Assembly (NCBI GenBank): GCA_963717935.1 | Contig: CAVQXP010000002.1 | Coordinates: 1-64,000, forward strand | DNA: 64,000 nt | DNA from: Candidatus Eiseniibacteriota bacterium | GTDB lineage: Bacteria; Eisenbacteria; RBG-16-71-46 | Direction of reading: 5' to 3' | Part shown: one piece after another, positions 44,993-54,963 of the stretch | Numbering within the stretch: position 1 is the first letter of the stretch | How the letters are laid out: every line of letters starts with the position of its first letter | Position numbers and translations under genes: made by a program | The notes under the pieces: generated by a model | Databases searched by the model: none | What the model was told of the DNA's origin: nothing | Seen by the model: the letters and a program-made list of their open reading frames with translations, nothing else

Positions 44993-46546
44993 CTACCTCT
45001 CCGCGAACACGCTGGGGTAGCGCGCGAGGAAGGCGATCGCGTGCTGCAACTCGCGCAGGTCCAGGACCTCGCCGATCTGGTGCGCGTTCTGCATGATCCC
45101 GCTGCCGAAGCCGAACAGGGCCGGGTGGCGGTGCTCGCCCGTGGTGACCCAGCGCTTCGATTCCGGCACGATCAGCACCCGATCGCTCACGGGCACGGGC
45201 CAGCCCACGCCGTCGGTCGAGAACACCCAGCGGTCCACGTGCGGCTCGCGGCGCAGCGAGCCGCCTTCCTCCCGTCGCACGTCCACGTGCGGCGTGATCA
45301 CGCTGCGGTAGGTCGCCAGTGCCGCCTGGATGGCGGGGTGCTCCTCGGGCGTCAGCCAGGCCAGGTAGACCTGGGGGTTCCCGGGCACGTAGCCGCGCCA
45401 GGTGGGTTGCTCGTAGACCGGCACCATGACCTCGACCGTGAGGCCCGCGGCGCGCGCGCGGCGCACGGTCTCGAGCGACTCGATGTCACGCAGCGCCTGC
45501 TCGGGCGATTCCCCGGTGGTGAGCCGCCGGTCGAGACGGAAGGTGAAGCGCTCGGGCACGGAGCAGTCGCTCGGGGTCTCGACTTCGGCCCACGAGGCGG
45601 TGCGCGAGCCGGGGCCGAGCAGCGGGTCGCGCAGAAACCCCTCGCCCCGCTCGTGCTGTGCGGTGGCCTCGGCGAGGACCGCGCTGCCGTGCTCGAGCGG
45701 GTTCAGGCCCTCGCGCGGGATCGAGCCGTGGCACGAGCGCCCGGTCACCCGGACCTCGATCATCATGCGGCCGCGCTGACCACGGCGGATGCCCAGCGCG
45801 CCGTTCGCCGTGTCGCCGGTCATCTCGGTGAGCACGACGACGTCGGGGAGCATGGCGGACGGCGCACCGGGGAACACGCGGCGCGTGAGGTAGAGCGGCC
45901 CGCCGCCCTCGTTGTCCTCCTCGGCCAGCGTGACGTAGCTGCGCACGACCGCGCCGTGCAGCGCACCCTCGGGCCTCAACTCGAGCAGGATGCGCGAGGC
46001 GATGATCTGCGCCACCACGCCGCCCAACTGGTCCGCGGCGCCGCGGCCGAAGACCAGGTGCTCCCACTCGTCGTCGGGCGGGAGCCAGCCGAGTTCCCGT
46101 CGCAGGTAGCCGCGGTCGAGCCGCGCGGGGTCGACGAGCCCGAGGAACGGGTCGAGCCCGCCGGTCTTCTCGTGCCACTGGGCGCGCAGCGGCCTGACCG
46201 TGTCGCCGTGGCCGTCCAGGTAGATGACACGCTTCTCGCGGCGCGGCACGCCGTCGTCGCGGTCCTCCAGCACCCAGTTGAGGTTGCCGAAGGCGTCGTA
46301 GCCGATGTCGTCCTCGTGCACGACCGCGCCGGCCTCGAGGATCGCGCGCCGCAGGTACTCCAGGCGCGGGCCCTCGTGGTTGCTGATGCCGCACAGCGGG
46401 TCGCCGCCCTGCACGAGCGGCCGGTCCACGTGGTCGGCGGGGATGCGGATGGCCTCCCGCAGGATGGAGGCCGCGAGCGGCAGGTCCCGCGCGGCGGCCG
46501 CCGCGATCTTCGCGTCGAGCCCGCCGCGCGAGGCGCCTTCGCTCAT
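44993..46546 (-). CDS. YgeY-like M20 metallo-amidohydrolase, long form
   Basis: LDGHGDTV, GRGAADQLGG, EEDNEG, IRRGQRGRM, GRSCHGS, WVFSTDGVG, GFGSG...AH; directly downstream of ygeW. Confidence 0.82.
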   Translation of the reverse strand: MSEGASRGGLDAKIAAAAARDLPLAASILREAIRIPADHVDRPLVQGGDPLCGISNHEGPRLEYLRRAILEAGAVVHEDDIGYDAFGNLNWVLEDRDDGVPRREKRVIYLDGHGDTVRPLRAQWHEKTGGLDPFLGLVDPARLDRGYLRRELGWLPPDDEWEHLVFGRGAADQLGGVVAQIIASRILLELRPEGALHGAVVRSYVTLAEEDNEGGGPLYLTRRVFPGAPSAMLPDVVVLTEMTGDTANGALGIRRGQRGRMMIEVRVTGRSCHGSIPREGLNPLEHGSAVLAEATAQHERGEGFLRDPLLGPGSRTASWAEVETPSDCSVPERFTFRLDRRLTTGESPEQALRDIESLETVRRARAAGLTVEVMVPVYEQPTWRGYVPGNPQVYLAWLTPEEHPAIQAALATYRSVITPHVDVRREEGGSLRREPHVDRWVFSTDGVGWPVPVSDRVLIVPESKRWVTTGEHRHPALFGFGSGIMQNAHQIGEVLDLRELQHAIAFLARYPSVFAER

Positions 46547-46550
46547 CGGA

Positions 46551-47696
46551 CTACTTCCCGAGCGCTTCCAGCCGTTGCGCGAGGTTCGGGACCTTCGCCA
46601 CCGCGAGCAGCGCCATGATGGCGTACATCTTGTACTGGGCCTGGCGCGCGACGTTCACGGTGTGCTGCCGCATCACCCCGTGCGAGACCTCGTCGCCGAT
46701 GTCCGCGGGCAGCGGGTGCATGTAGAGCGCGTCCCCGCCCCGGGTGAGTCCCATGCGGTTCTCGTTGCAGATCCAGTCCTTGTGCTTCGCGTTGCCCGCC
46801 AGCGCTTCCCTCTCGATCTCGCCCAGGCGCGCCTTGTCCTTCGCCTTGTTGGCCTCGACGCGCTGGAGCATGAGGTCGTAGGGGCCCCAGGACTTCGGAT
46901 ACACGATGTCGGCGCCCTTGAACGCCTCGTCCATCGAGTTCACCACCTTGAACGAACCGCCCGAGGCCTTCGCGCTGGCCGCGGCGAACTCCATGGTGTC
47001 GGGCATCAGGTGGTAGCCCTCGGGGTGGGCGAGCACCACGTCCGCGCCGAAGCGGGTGAAGAGCATGGAGCAGCCCTGCGCCACCGAGAGCGGCTTGGCG
47101 TACGAGGGCGAGTAGGCCCAGGAGATGGCGATCTTCTTCCCCTTGAGGCCGCCGGGGTTGCACTCGCGCATCCACATCAGGTCGGCCAGCGTCTGTGTCG
47201 GGTGGTCGATGTCGCACTGCAGGTTCACGACCGGCACGCGGCGCGGGTCCCGGGTCGCGGCGAGGTAGTCGTCGATGCCCTGCTTCACGTCGCGCATGAA
47301 GCGGTTGCCCTCGCCGATGATGAGGTCGTGGCGCACGCCCAGGGCGTGGGCGTTCATCCCGAGCATGGCGCCGGTCTCGACCGCGGTCTCGCCGTGCGAG
47401 ACCTGCGTGCTGCTGCCGTCCACGATGACCGGAGCCAGGCCGAGTCGCGCGCAGGCGCCGGCCCAGGCCGACTTCGTGCGGGTGGACTGGTCGAAGAACA
47501 GGGCCCAGCCCAGCTCGTCCTTGAACAGCGCGGTGGACTTGCCGGCGTAGTCGAGGCCGGCGAAGCGGCCGATCACCGCCATCAGGATCTCGAGCTCGGG
47601 TGTGGTCCAGTCACGGGTCAGCAGCAGGCTGCGGCCAAAGAGGGAATCGAGCGCCGCGCGGGCGGGGACCGGTGGGAGGGACGTCACGGGACTCAT
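46551..47696 (-). CDS. ygeW: Knotted carbamoyltransferase YgeW-like
   Basis: DQSTRT, STQVSHGET, NLQCDIDHPTQ, KKIAISWAYSPSYAKPLSVAQG, ADIVYPKSW, YMHPLPAD; AAGGAG RBS. Confidence 0.88.
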   Translation of the reverse strand: MSPVTSLPPVPARAALDSLFGRSLLLTRDWTTPELEILMAVIGRFAGLDYAGKSTALFKDELGWALFFDQSTRTKSAWAGACARLGLAPVIVDGSSTQVSHGETAVETGAMLGMNAHALGVRHDLIIGEGNRFMRDVKQGIDDYLAATRDPRRVPVVNLQCDIDHPTQTLADLMWMRECNPGGLKGKKIAISWAYSPSYAKPLSVAQGCSMLFTRFGADVVLAHPEGYHLMPDTMEFAAASAKASGGSFKVVNSMDEAFKGADIVYPKSWGPYDLMLQRVEANKAKDKARLGEIEREALAGNAKHKDWICNENRMGLTRGGDALYMHPLPADIGDEVSHGVMRQHTVNVARQAQYKMYAIMALLAVAKVPNLAQRLEALGK

Positions 47697-48031
47697 GCTG
47701 ACTCCTTGCAGGTGCGGGAGCCGGCGGACCCCTCGAAGGTCCCGGCCGGCGCCTCGGGATGGCGGATGGCATCGTCTGGCCGCCGCGCTCGAGGGATCGA
47801 CAAGCCGCAGGTGGCCACAGTCACGAGATCGGCCCGGCATCGTACCCGCTGTGCCGGACCGCGTTCAACCCGGGTTGGGCCGTTCCGTGGCCCGACGGGC
47901 CCGCGCCGTGCGGGCCCGTTTCGTCAGGAACCCGTGCAGGCGGCTGCGTTTGCCCGCGGCAGGGGCCTCGGTTATCCTCCTTGGTCCCTCACGAACGCAG
48001 GTCTTCCCGCGAATCTCTAAGGAGCCATCGG

Positions 48032-49510
48032 ATGCGGGCTACTCCGAAAATCAACGAAGCCGTCCTTGCCAAGACCGCCGCGCGGTGCCGCGAGCGCAAG
48101 ATCATCATCCCCACCTTTGCCGAGCAGAAGGACCCGAGCCGGATCCCGGAGCCGATCAAGAAGCGGCTGGCCGGGGTGGGCCTGTGGGACGTCAACCCCC
48201 TCAACCTCTACCGGATCACCTGGAAGAACGAGCCGAAGGAGAAGGGCGGGTTGTTCAATCGCGGCAACTGGATCGAGTTCCCGAGCGAACTCACGGGGGT
48301 GAAGGCCCGCATCGTCGGTCTCGTCGGCAAGTACTTCCCCACGGGCGCGCACAAGGTGGGCGCCGGCTTCGGCTGCCTCGTGCCGCGGCTCGTGTCCGGC
48401 GAGTTCGACCCGGACACGCAGAAGGCCGTCTGGCCCTCGACGGGCAATTTCTGCCGCGGCGGCGCCTTCGACTGCGCGCTGCTCGCCTGCAAGGCCATCG
48501 CCATCCTGCCCGAGGGCATGAGCCGCGAGCGCTTCGACTGGCTGCGCGAGATCGGCACGGACGAGGTCATCGCGACCCCGGGCACCGAGTCGAACGTCAA
48601 GGAGATCTACGACAAGTGCTGGCAGCTGCGGACGGAACGCGGTGACAAGATCTCGATCTTCAACCAGTTCGAGGAGTTCGGGAACGCGATCTGGCACTAC
48701 ACCCTGACCGGCTCGATCATCGAGGAGGTGTTCGGCCAGATCCGCAAGCCGGACAGCCGGCTCGCCGCGTACATCTCCGCGACCGGTTCGGCGGGCACCA
48801 TCGCGGCCGGCGACTACCTGCGCACCAAGTTCCCCCACGTCAGGGTCGTGGCGACCGAGGCGCTGCAGTGCCCCACGCTGCTGCAGAACGGCTTCGGCGC
48901 GCACCGCATCGAGGGCATCGGCGACAAGCACGTGCCCTGGGTGCACAACGTGCGCAACACCGACATGGTCGCGGCCATCGACGACGAGCAGTGCATGAGC
49001 CTGCTGCGGCTGTTCAACGAGGAGGAGGGGATCGCGTTCCTCGAGCGCAGCGGGGTGAAGGCGGACTTCCTCAAGCTGCTGCCGCTGGTGGGGATCTCCA
49101 GTATCGCGAACGTCGTGGCGGCCATCAAGACGGCGAAGCACTACGAGCTGGACGGGCGGGACATCCTGTTCACGCCGCTCACCGACTCGATGGAGCTCTA
49201 CGGGTCGCGCAAGCAGGAGCTGCGCGAGGAGCACGGTCCGTACACCCGCGAACGCGCGGCGCAGGACTTCGCCCGTTACCTCGAGGGCGCCGGGATCGAC
49301 TACCTGCAGGAACTCGGCTACCACGACCGCAAGCGGCTCCACAACCTGAAGTACTTCACCTGGGTGGAGCAGCAGGGCAAGAGCTCCGAGGAACTGGCCG
49401 CCCTGTGGGAGCCCGATTTCTGGACCGAGACCTGGGCCCAGGTCGGCGAGTGGGACCGGCTCATCCAGCAGTTCAACGAGCGCACGGGCCTGCTCAAGAC
49501 GCTCGACTAG
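48032..49510 (+). CDS. PLP-dependent fold-type II enzyme of unknown substrate
   Basis: FPTGAHKVGA (PLP lysine), WPSTGNFCRGG, ATGSAGT, HRIEGIGDKH; AAGGAG RBS. Confidence 0.85.
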   Translation: MRATPKINEAVLAKTAARCRERKIIIPTFAEQKDPSRIPEPIKKRLAGVGLWDVNPLNLYRITWKNEPKEKGGLFNRGNWIEFPSELTGVKARIVGLVGKYFPTGAHKVGAGFGCLVPRLVSGEFDPDTQKAVWPSTGNFCRGGAFDCALLACKAIAILPEGMSRERFDWLREIGTDEVIATPGTESNVKEIYDKCWQLRTERGDKISIFNQFEEFGNAIWHYTLTGSIIEEVFGQIRKPDSRLAAYISATGSAGTIAAGDYLRTKFPHVRVVATEALQCPTLLQNGFGAHRIEGIGDKHVPWVHNVRNTDMVAAIDDEQCMSLLRLFNEEEGIAFLERSGVKADFLKLLPLVGISSIANVVAAIKTAKHYELDGRDILFTPLTDSMELYGSRKQELREEHGPYTRERAAQDFARYLEGAGIDYLQELGYHDRKRLHNLKYFTWVEQQGKSSEELAALWEPDFWTETWAQVGEWDRLIQQFNERTGLLKTLD

Positions 49511-49611
49511 CGCGCGCCGCGCGCGTCGCGGACGGGAGCCGTCACCGGGCGGCTCCGAGTCACCGACCGACAATCGATCGCGCCCGACCGGGCGCGGATG
49601 GAGTGGGGAAC

Positions 49612-50562
49612 ATGACGACCGAGAAGAAGCTCGCCATCCTCGCGGTGGGCGGGAATTCACTGATCATGGACGAGTCGCACAGGTCGGTGGAGGACCAGTA
49701 CGCCGCCGTCGAGGAGACCTGCCGCCACATCGCGGGACTCGTGAAGGCCGGCTATCGGGTCGTGGTGACCCACGGCAACGGTCCGCAGGTCGGTTTCATC
49801 CTGCGGCGCAGCGAGCTGGCGGCCCACGAGCTGCACCAGGTGCCGCTCGACTCGTGCGGCGCCGACACGCAGGGTGCGATCGGCTACCAGGTGCAGCGGG
49901 CGATGTACAACGAGATGAAGGACTGGCCGCAGCGCTCCGTGGTCGCCACCGTGGTGACGCAGGTGCTGGTGGACCGCAACGACCCGTCCTTCAAGAAGCC
50001 GTCGAAGCCGATCGGCTCCTTCATGGACGAGAAGACGGCGACGGAGCACCGGCAGAAGGACCGCTGGGACATCGTCGAGGACGCCGGGCGCGGGTTCCGC
50101 CGCGTCGTGGCCTCGCCACGGCCCCTGCGGATCATCGAGCTGGAGGCCATCCGCCGGCTGCTCGAGAACGACATCGTGGTGGTCGCGGTGGGCGGCGGCG
50201 GCATCCCGGTGATCGAGGACGAGAAGGGCCATCTGCGGGGTGCCGCGGCCGTGATCGACAAGGACCTCGCGACCAGCCTGCTCGCGCGCGACCTGAAGGC
50301 CGACCTGCTCATCATCTCGACCGCGATCGAGAAGGTCTGCCTCAACTACCGCAAGCCCGACCAGAAGGACATCGACCGCATGACCCTCGCGGAGGCGAAG
50401 AAGTACCTGGCCGAGGGCCACTTCGCACCGGGAAGCATGAAGCCCAAGATCGAGGCCATCATCGAGTTCCTCGAATCCGGCGGGAAGGAAGCGCTCATCA
50501 CCGACCCGCAGCACCTGGTGCCCGCGCTGGAGGGCAAGTCGGGCACCTGGATCGTCGCGTGA
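49612..50562 (+). CDS. arcC: Carbamate kinase
   Basis: GGNSL, THGNGPQVG, KPSKPIG, EDAGRGFRRVVASP, GGGGIPV, AVIDKD, GSMKPKI. Confidence 0.95.
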   Translation: MTTEKKLAILAVGGNSLIMDESHRSVEDQYAAVEETCRHIAGLVKAGYRVVVTHGNGPQVGFILRRSELAAHELHQVPLDSCGADTQGAIGYQVQRAMYNEMKDWPQRSVVATVVTQVLVDRNDPSFKKPSKPIGSFMDEKTATEHRQKDRWDIVEDAGRGFRRVVASPRPLRIIELEAIRRLLENDIVVVAVGGGGIPVIEDEKGHLRGAAAVIDKDLATSLLARDLKADLLIISTAIEKVCLNYRKPDQKDIDRMTLAEAKKYLAEGHFAPGSMKPKIEAIIEFLESGGKEALITDPQHLVPALEGKSGTWIVA

Positions 50563-51797
50563 GCGCGAAGGCCGGGGCTGCGACCGGCCTGCGGTGCGTC
50601 GCCTGCGGTCGGCTCACGCCGGTCGCCGACGACCTCTACGTCTGCCCGGGCTGTGGCGGGAACACGCTGGTCGAGTACGACCTCGACGCGCTGAGGAAGA
50701 GCTGGTCGCGCGAATCACTCGCGAAGAACGGCGACCGCACGCTCTGGCGCTACCTGCCCATCCTGCCCGTGAGCGCCCGGCTCGAGGGGCCGCCGGTCGG
50801 CTGGACGCCGCTGGTCGCCGCCCCGCGCCTGGCGCGGGAGCTCGGGCTCGCGCAGCCGCTGCTGCTCAAGGACGACGGGCGCAATCCCAGCGCCTCGTTC
50901 AAGTGCCGCGCCAGCTCGGTGGCGCTCAGACGCGCGCAGGAGCTCGGGCACACGCTCGTGACCGGGGCCTCGACCGGCAATGCCGCCTCGGCGACCGCCG
51001 TGCTCGCCGCCGCGCCCGGCATCCGCACGCGCATCTTCGTGCCGAAGACCGCGCCGCGGGCGAAGATCGCCCAGCTGCTCACCTTCGGCGCCGAGGTGCT
51101 GGCGGTGGACGGCACCTACGACCAGGCCTTCGACCTCTGCCTCGAGGCCACGCGCCGGTTCGGCTGGTACAACCGCAACACCGGCTTCAACCCCTACACG
51201 CGCGAGGGCAAGAAGACGGTCTCCTTCGAACTCTGCGAGCAGCTGGACTGGCAGGTGCCGGACCTGGTCGTCGTGCCGGTCGGCGACGGCAACATCCTCT
51301 CGGGCGTCTGGAAGGGCTTCGTCGAGTTCCAGCGCCTGGGTTTCATCGAACGCACGCCCCGGCTGCTCGCGGTGCAGGCCGAGGGCAGCGCGGCGATCGT
51401 GAAGGCCGCGGCCGGCGACGGCGTGATCCGGCCGGTGTCGGGAGACACCGTGGCGGACTCGATCTCGGTGAGCCTGCCGCGCGATGGCGAGGCGGCCGTG
51501 AAGGCGATCCGCGAGTCGGGCGGGTTCGGCGTCACGGTGAGCGATGCCGCGATCCTCGCCGCCATCGGCGAGGTGGCGCGCGGCGCGGGCGTGTTCGCCG
51601 AGCCCGCGGCGGCGGCCTCCTGGGCCGGGCTCAAGGAGGCCGCGCGCCAGGGCCTGGTGGACCCGGCCTGGCGCATCGTGGCGCTCATCACCGGCAACGG
51701 ACTCAAGGACGTGGCCTCGGCCATGAAGGTGGCCGGCGAGCCGCGGATCATCCCGCCGGACGCCAGCGTGCTCGATACGTTGTTCCCCGAGGGGTAG
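50559..51797 (+). CDS. Threonine-synthase-like PLP enzyme
   Basis: GTGA overlap with arcC; CxxC...CxxC, NPSASFKCR (canonical FKDR), ASTGNAA, EGKKT, PVGDGN, TGNGLKD. Confidence 0.85.
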   Translation: MSAKAGAATGLRCVACGRLTPVADDLYVCPGCGGNTLVEYDLDALRKSWSRESLAKNGDRTLWRYLPILPVSARLEGPPVGWTPLVAAPRLARELGLAQPLLLKDDGRNPSASFKCRASSVALRRAQELGHTLVTGASTGNAASATAVLAAAPGIRTRIFVPKTAPRAKIAQLLTFGAEVLAVDGTYDQAFDLCLEATRRFGWYNRNTGFNPYTREGKKTVSFELCEQLDWQVPDLVVVPVGDGNILSGVWKGFVEFQRLGFIERTPRLLAVQAEGSAAIVKAAAGDGVIRPVSGDTVADSISVSLPRDGEAAVKAIRESGGFGVTVSDAAILAAIGEVARGAGVFAEPAAAASWAGLKEAARQGLVDPAWRIVALITGNGLKDVASAMKVAGEPRIIPPDASVLDTLFPEG

Positions 51798-51867
51798 CGA
51801 AGGAAGCAGGAACCACAGTCAGCGTCGCGCTCGACTGTCGACAATCAACCGATCTGGGAGAAATGCC

Positions 51868-52824
51868 ATGAGGAGCTTCATCGGACGTGACATCCTGTCG
51901 CTCAAGGATTTCGAGCGCGACGATTACACCCGCATCTTCGAGGTGTGCGAGAAGCTCGCGCCGCACGCCCACAACCGCCGCAACACCGACCTGTGCGCGG
52001 ACAAGACGCTGCTGACCGCGTTCTACCAGCCGAGCACCCGCACCCGCCTGTCCACCGAGGCCGCGATGCACCGCCTGGGCGGCCACGTCCTGGGCTTCTC
52101 CGACGCCAAGATGACCCGCGCCGGCGACTTCTACCAGGAATCCATCAAGGACACCGTGCGCATGCTCGAGTACTACGGCGACGTGATCGCCATGCGGCAC
52201 TTCCAGCTGGGCGCGCCGGCCGAGGCGGCGAAGCACTCCTCGGTGCCCATCATCAACTGCGGCGACGGCTGGGGCGAGCACCCGACCCAGGTGCTCACCG
52301 ACCTGTACACGATCTGGCGCGAGCGGGGCACGCTCGACGGACTGCGCTGGCTGTGCGTCGGTGACCACCGCATGCGCACCATGCACTCGATCGGCTACGC
52401 CGCCGCGTCGTTCGACATGGAGCTCGACGTGGTGTACCCGCCGGACATGGCGCCCACGGCCGAGTTCAAGCAGGAGCTGGCCGACCGCAACGTGCGCTAC
52501 CACGAGTGGAAGAGCACGTCCGAGTGCATCGACAAGGCCGACGTGATCTACATCGAGCCGGTGGTGCAGGCCGACTACACCAAGTCGCGCGTGGATGCGG
52601 CCGAGGCGAAGAAGGGCCTCACGCCGCCCGAGTACCAGGTCACGCGCACGATGATGCGCGAGAAGGCCAAGCCCGGCTCGATCGTCCTGCACTCGCTGCC
52701 CCGCATGGACGAGCTGCCGGCCGACGTGGACAGCACGCGCCACGCCCGCTACTGGATCGAAGCCGCCAACGGCGTGGTGCTGCGCATGGCGCTGATCGCG
52801 CTGGTGCTGGGCCGCGCCGAGTAG
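51868..52824 (+). CDS. ATCase-like carbamoyltransferase with divergent substrate site
   Basis: QPSTRT, ESIKDT, NCGDG..EHPTQ, HSLPR..E; lacks the ATCase RxQxER motif (has EPVVQADY). Confidence 0.85.
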   Translation: MRSFIGRDILSLKDFERDDYTRIFEVCEKLAPHAHNRRNTDLCADKTLLTAFYQPSTRTRLSTEAAMHRLGGHVLGFSDAKMTRAGDFYQESIKDTVRMLEYYGDVIAMRHFQLGAPAEAAKHSSVPIINCGDGWGEHPTQVLTDLYTIWRERGTLDGLRWLCVGDHRMRTMHSIGYAAASFDMELDVVYPPDMAPTAEFKQELADRNVRYHEWKSTSECIDKADVIYIEPVVQADYTKSRVDAAEAKKGLTPPEYQVTRTMMREKAKPGSIVLHSLPRMDELPADVDSTRHARYWIEAANGVVLRMALIALVLGRAE

Positions 52825-53011
52825 ACGGCCTTCCGGAGACTCACGCGCGGCGGGTCGTCACGGCCCGCCGCGCGGTCCGTTCCGGGCGGTGGGGCGGTGC
52901 GCCGCGGTCCGGGCGCCGTCGTCCGTTGCTCCCTGCCGGCGCGGCGCGTTGCCGGCGCGGCGCCCGCAGGCTAGCATGACCGCGACCCGGACTCCGACCC
53001 GTGAGGTGACG

Positions 53012-54556
53012 ATGGCCGCCGAGTACCGCTTCCCGCCGCTCGTGGATCTCGAGGACGACACACCGCGACGCGCGATCGTGACACGCGACGCGGCCGAGGA
53101 GCGCGCCTTCCTCGATCACCTGCGCCGCGGCGTGGTCGGCGCGGACGCGACGTTCCGCACGCCGGAGGGGGAGAAGCCGCTCCTCTATTTCGACTACATC
53201 GCCTCGGGCCGCTTCCATCGCGCCGTCGAGGACGAGCTGGCCGGGCGCGTGCTGCCCTTCATGGCCAACACGCACACCGATTCCTCGTACACCGGGCGGC
53301 TCATGACGCGCTATTACGAGGACGCGTTCCGCCGCATCGGGCGCTACCTGAACGCGGGGCCCGACGACGTCATCATCCCGGTGGGTGCGGGCTCGACCGG
53401 CGCCGTGAACCGGCTCATCGCCATCCTGGGCCTGCGGATCCCCTGCCAGCTCGAGGACCGCTACCGGCTCTCGAGCAGGATCCCCGCCGGGGAGCGCCCG
53501 GTGGTGTTCCGCAGCCACATGGAACACCACAGCAACGACATCACCTGGCGCGAGACCATCGCCGAGACGGTCTACGTGGACTTCGACGCGCACGGGCGCG
53601 TGAGCCTCGAGCACCTGGACCTGCTGCTCGAGACCTACGCGGACCGGGCGCTCAAGATCGGCACCTTCTCGGCCGCCTCGAACGTCACGGGGATCCTCAA
53701 CGAGACCGGCGCGATCGCGCGGGTGCTGCACGCGCACGGGGCGCTGGCCTTCTTCGACTACGCCGCCTCGGGCCCCTACGTGGACATCGACCTGCATCCC
53801 GCGGGGGCCGACGGCCGCCCCGACGAGGCGGCCGCCAAGGACGTCGCGTTCTTCTCGGTCCACAAGTTCCTGGGCGGACCGCGCACGCCGGGGCTGCTGG
53901 TCGCGAACCGGCGGCTGTTCACGAACCGCGTGCCCGCGGAGCCCGGCGGCGGCACCGTGCTCTACACCTCGCCGACCGAGCACGTCTACCTGCCCGACTT
54001 CTTCCACCGCGAGACCGGCGGCACGCCGCCCATCGTGGGCAGCATCCAGGCCGGACTGTGCTTCGACCTCAAGCACGCGATCGGCTCCGAGCGCATGCGG
54101 CGGATCGAGCAGGACTACCTGCGGCGCGCGCTGGCCGAGTGGACGAGGAACCCCGGGCTCGAGGTGCTGGGCAACCCGGAGCCCGAACGGCTGGGCGTGG
54201 TCTCGCTCATCTTCAAGGGCGTGCACCACAACCTGGCCTCGGCCCTGCTCAACGACTTCTTCGGCATCCAGGTCCGAGGCGGCTGCATGTGCGCCGGGCC
54301 CTACGGCCACGAACTGCTGCACATCGACCAGGGCATCTCGCTCGCGATCAAGCACGAGCTCGAAGAGGGGCACATCGGTGTGAAGCCCGGCTGGGTGCGC
54401 ATCTGCTTCTCGCCCGTGACGGGCGAGAACGAGTTCCAGACGCTGCTCGAGGGCGTCGACTTCGTCTCGAAGCGCGGGCGCGAGTTCTACGACCGCTACA
54501 CGCTCGACGATCACACCGGCGAGTGGCGCCGCACCGGGAAGGGCGCGAAGGCGTAG
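53012..54556 (+). CDS. Class V aminotransferase (cysteine-desulfurase-like)
   Basis: YFDYIASGR, ANTHT, EHHSN, SAASNVTG, DYAA, SVHKFLGG, RGGCMCAGPY, KPGWVR. Confidence 0.9.
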   Translation: MAAEYRFPPLVDLEDDTPRRAIVTRDAAEERAFLDHLRRGVVGADATFRTPEGEKPLLYFDYIASGRFHRAVEDELAGRVLPFMANTHTDSSYTGRLMTRYYEDAFRRIGRYLNAGPDDVIIPVGAGSTGAVNRLIAILGLRIPCQLEDRYRLSSRIPAGERPVVFRSHMEHHSNDITWRETIAETVYVDFDAHGRVSLEHLDLLLETYADRALKIGTFSAASNVTGILNETGAIARVLHAHGALAFFDYAASGPYVDIDLHPAGADGRPDEAAAKDVAFFSVHKFLGGPRTPGLLVANRRLFTNRVPAEPGGGTVLYTSPTEHVYLPDFFHRETGGTPPIVGSIQAGLCFDLKHAIGSERMRRIEQDYLRRALAEWTRNPGLEVLGNPEPERLGVVSLIFKGVHHNLASALLNDFFGIQVRGGCMCAGPYGHELLHIDQGISLAIKHELEEGHIGVKPGWVRICFSPVTGENEFQTLLEGVDFVSKRGREFYDRYTLDDHTGEWRRTGKGAKA

Positions 54557-54655
54557 CCGAGCCCTGCGGCCCGGCCGGCGATGAAGCGCCGGTTCCGGTG
54601 GCCCCCGGGGCCTCTTCATCCCCGGGCCCCGGCGACGCCCCGGGAGGGCGACCGG

Positions 54656-54701
54656 TGTCCCGGGCGGGACGGCTCCGCACCCCGTGGGACATCCGAGCCT
54701 G
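54656..54701. promoter_or_regulatory. Candidate enhancer-binding-protein sites (TGTCCC...GGGAC dyads), conserved in copy 2
   Basis: TGTCCCGGGCGGGAC and CCCCGTGGGACA about 200 bp upstream of the sigma54 box; same arrangement near 55633-55678. Confidence 0.45.
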
Positions 54702-54873
54702 GCCGGTTCCGGACGACGGCAGCGGTGGCCGCGCGGGAATCCCCACTCTTTCGGGCCCGTCTTTCGCGGAATGCAGCGAATGCGGGGACGAATGGCCCTG
54801 GTGGTGCACGTTTCGCCATCCGTGCGGGCCTCGATGCCGGCGTCCGGTGACCCGCCGCCGTTCCGATGACCTC

Positions 54874-54889
54874 TGGCATGCCCCATGCA
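54874..54889 (+). promoter_or_regulatory. Sigma54 -24/-12 promoter
   Basis: TGGCATGCCCCATGCA = GG-N10-GC. Confidence 0.7.
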
Positions 54890-54963
54890 ATTGACGGCCG
54901 GGTGACCTGGCGTGGACCAGGGGACACCGGAAGTCTCACGCATCATCTCGAGGAGGTCCGCAG

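Noticed and set aside
54652..54960. Riboswitch or ncRNA in the conserved duplicated leader
   Set aside because: No known aptamer recognised; conservation is explained by the duplication plus sigma54 promoter and enhancer sites.
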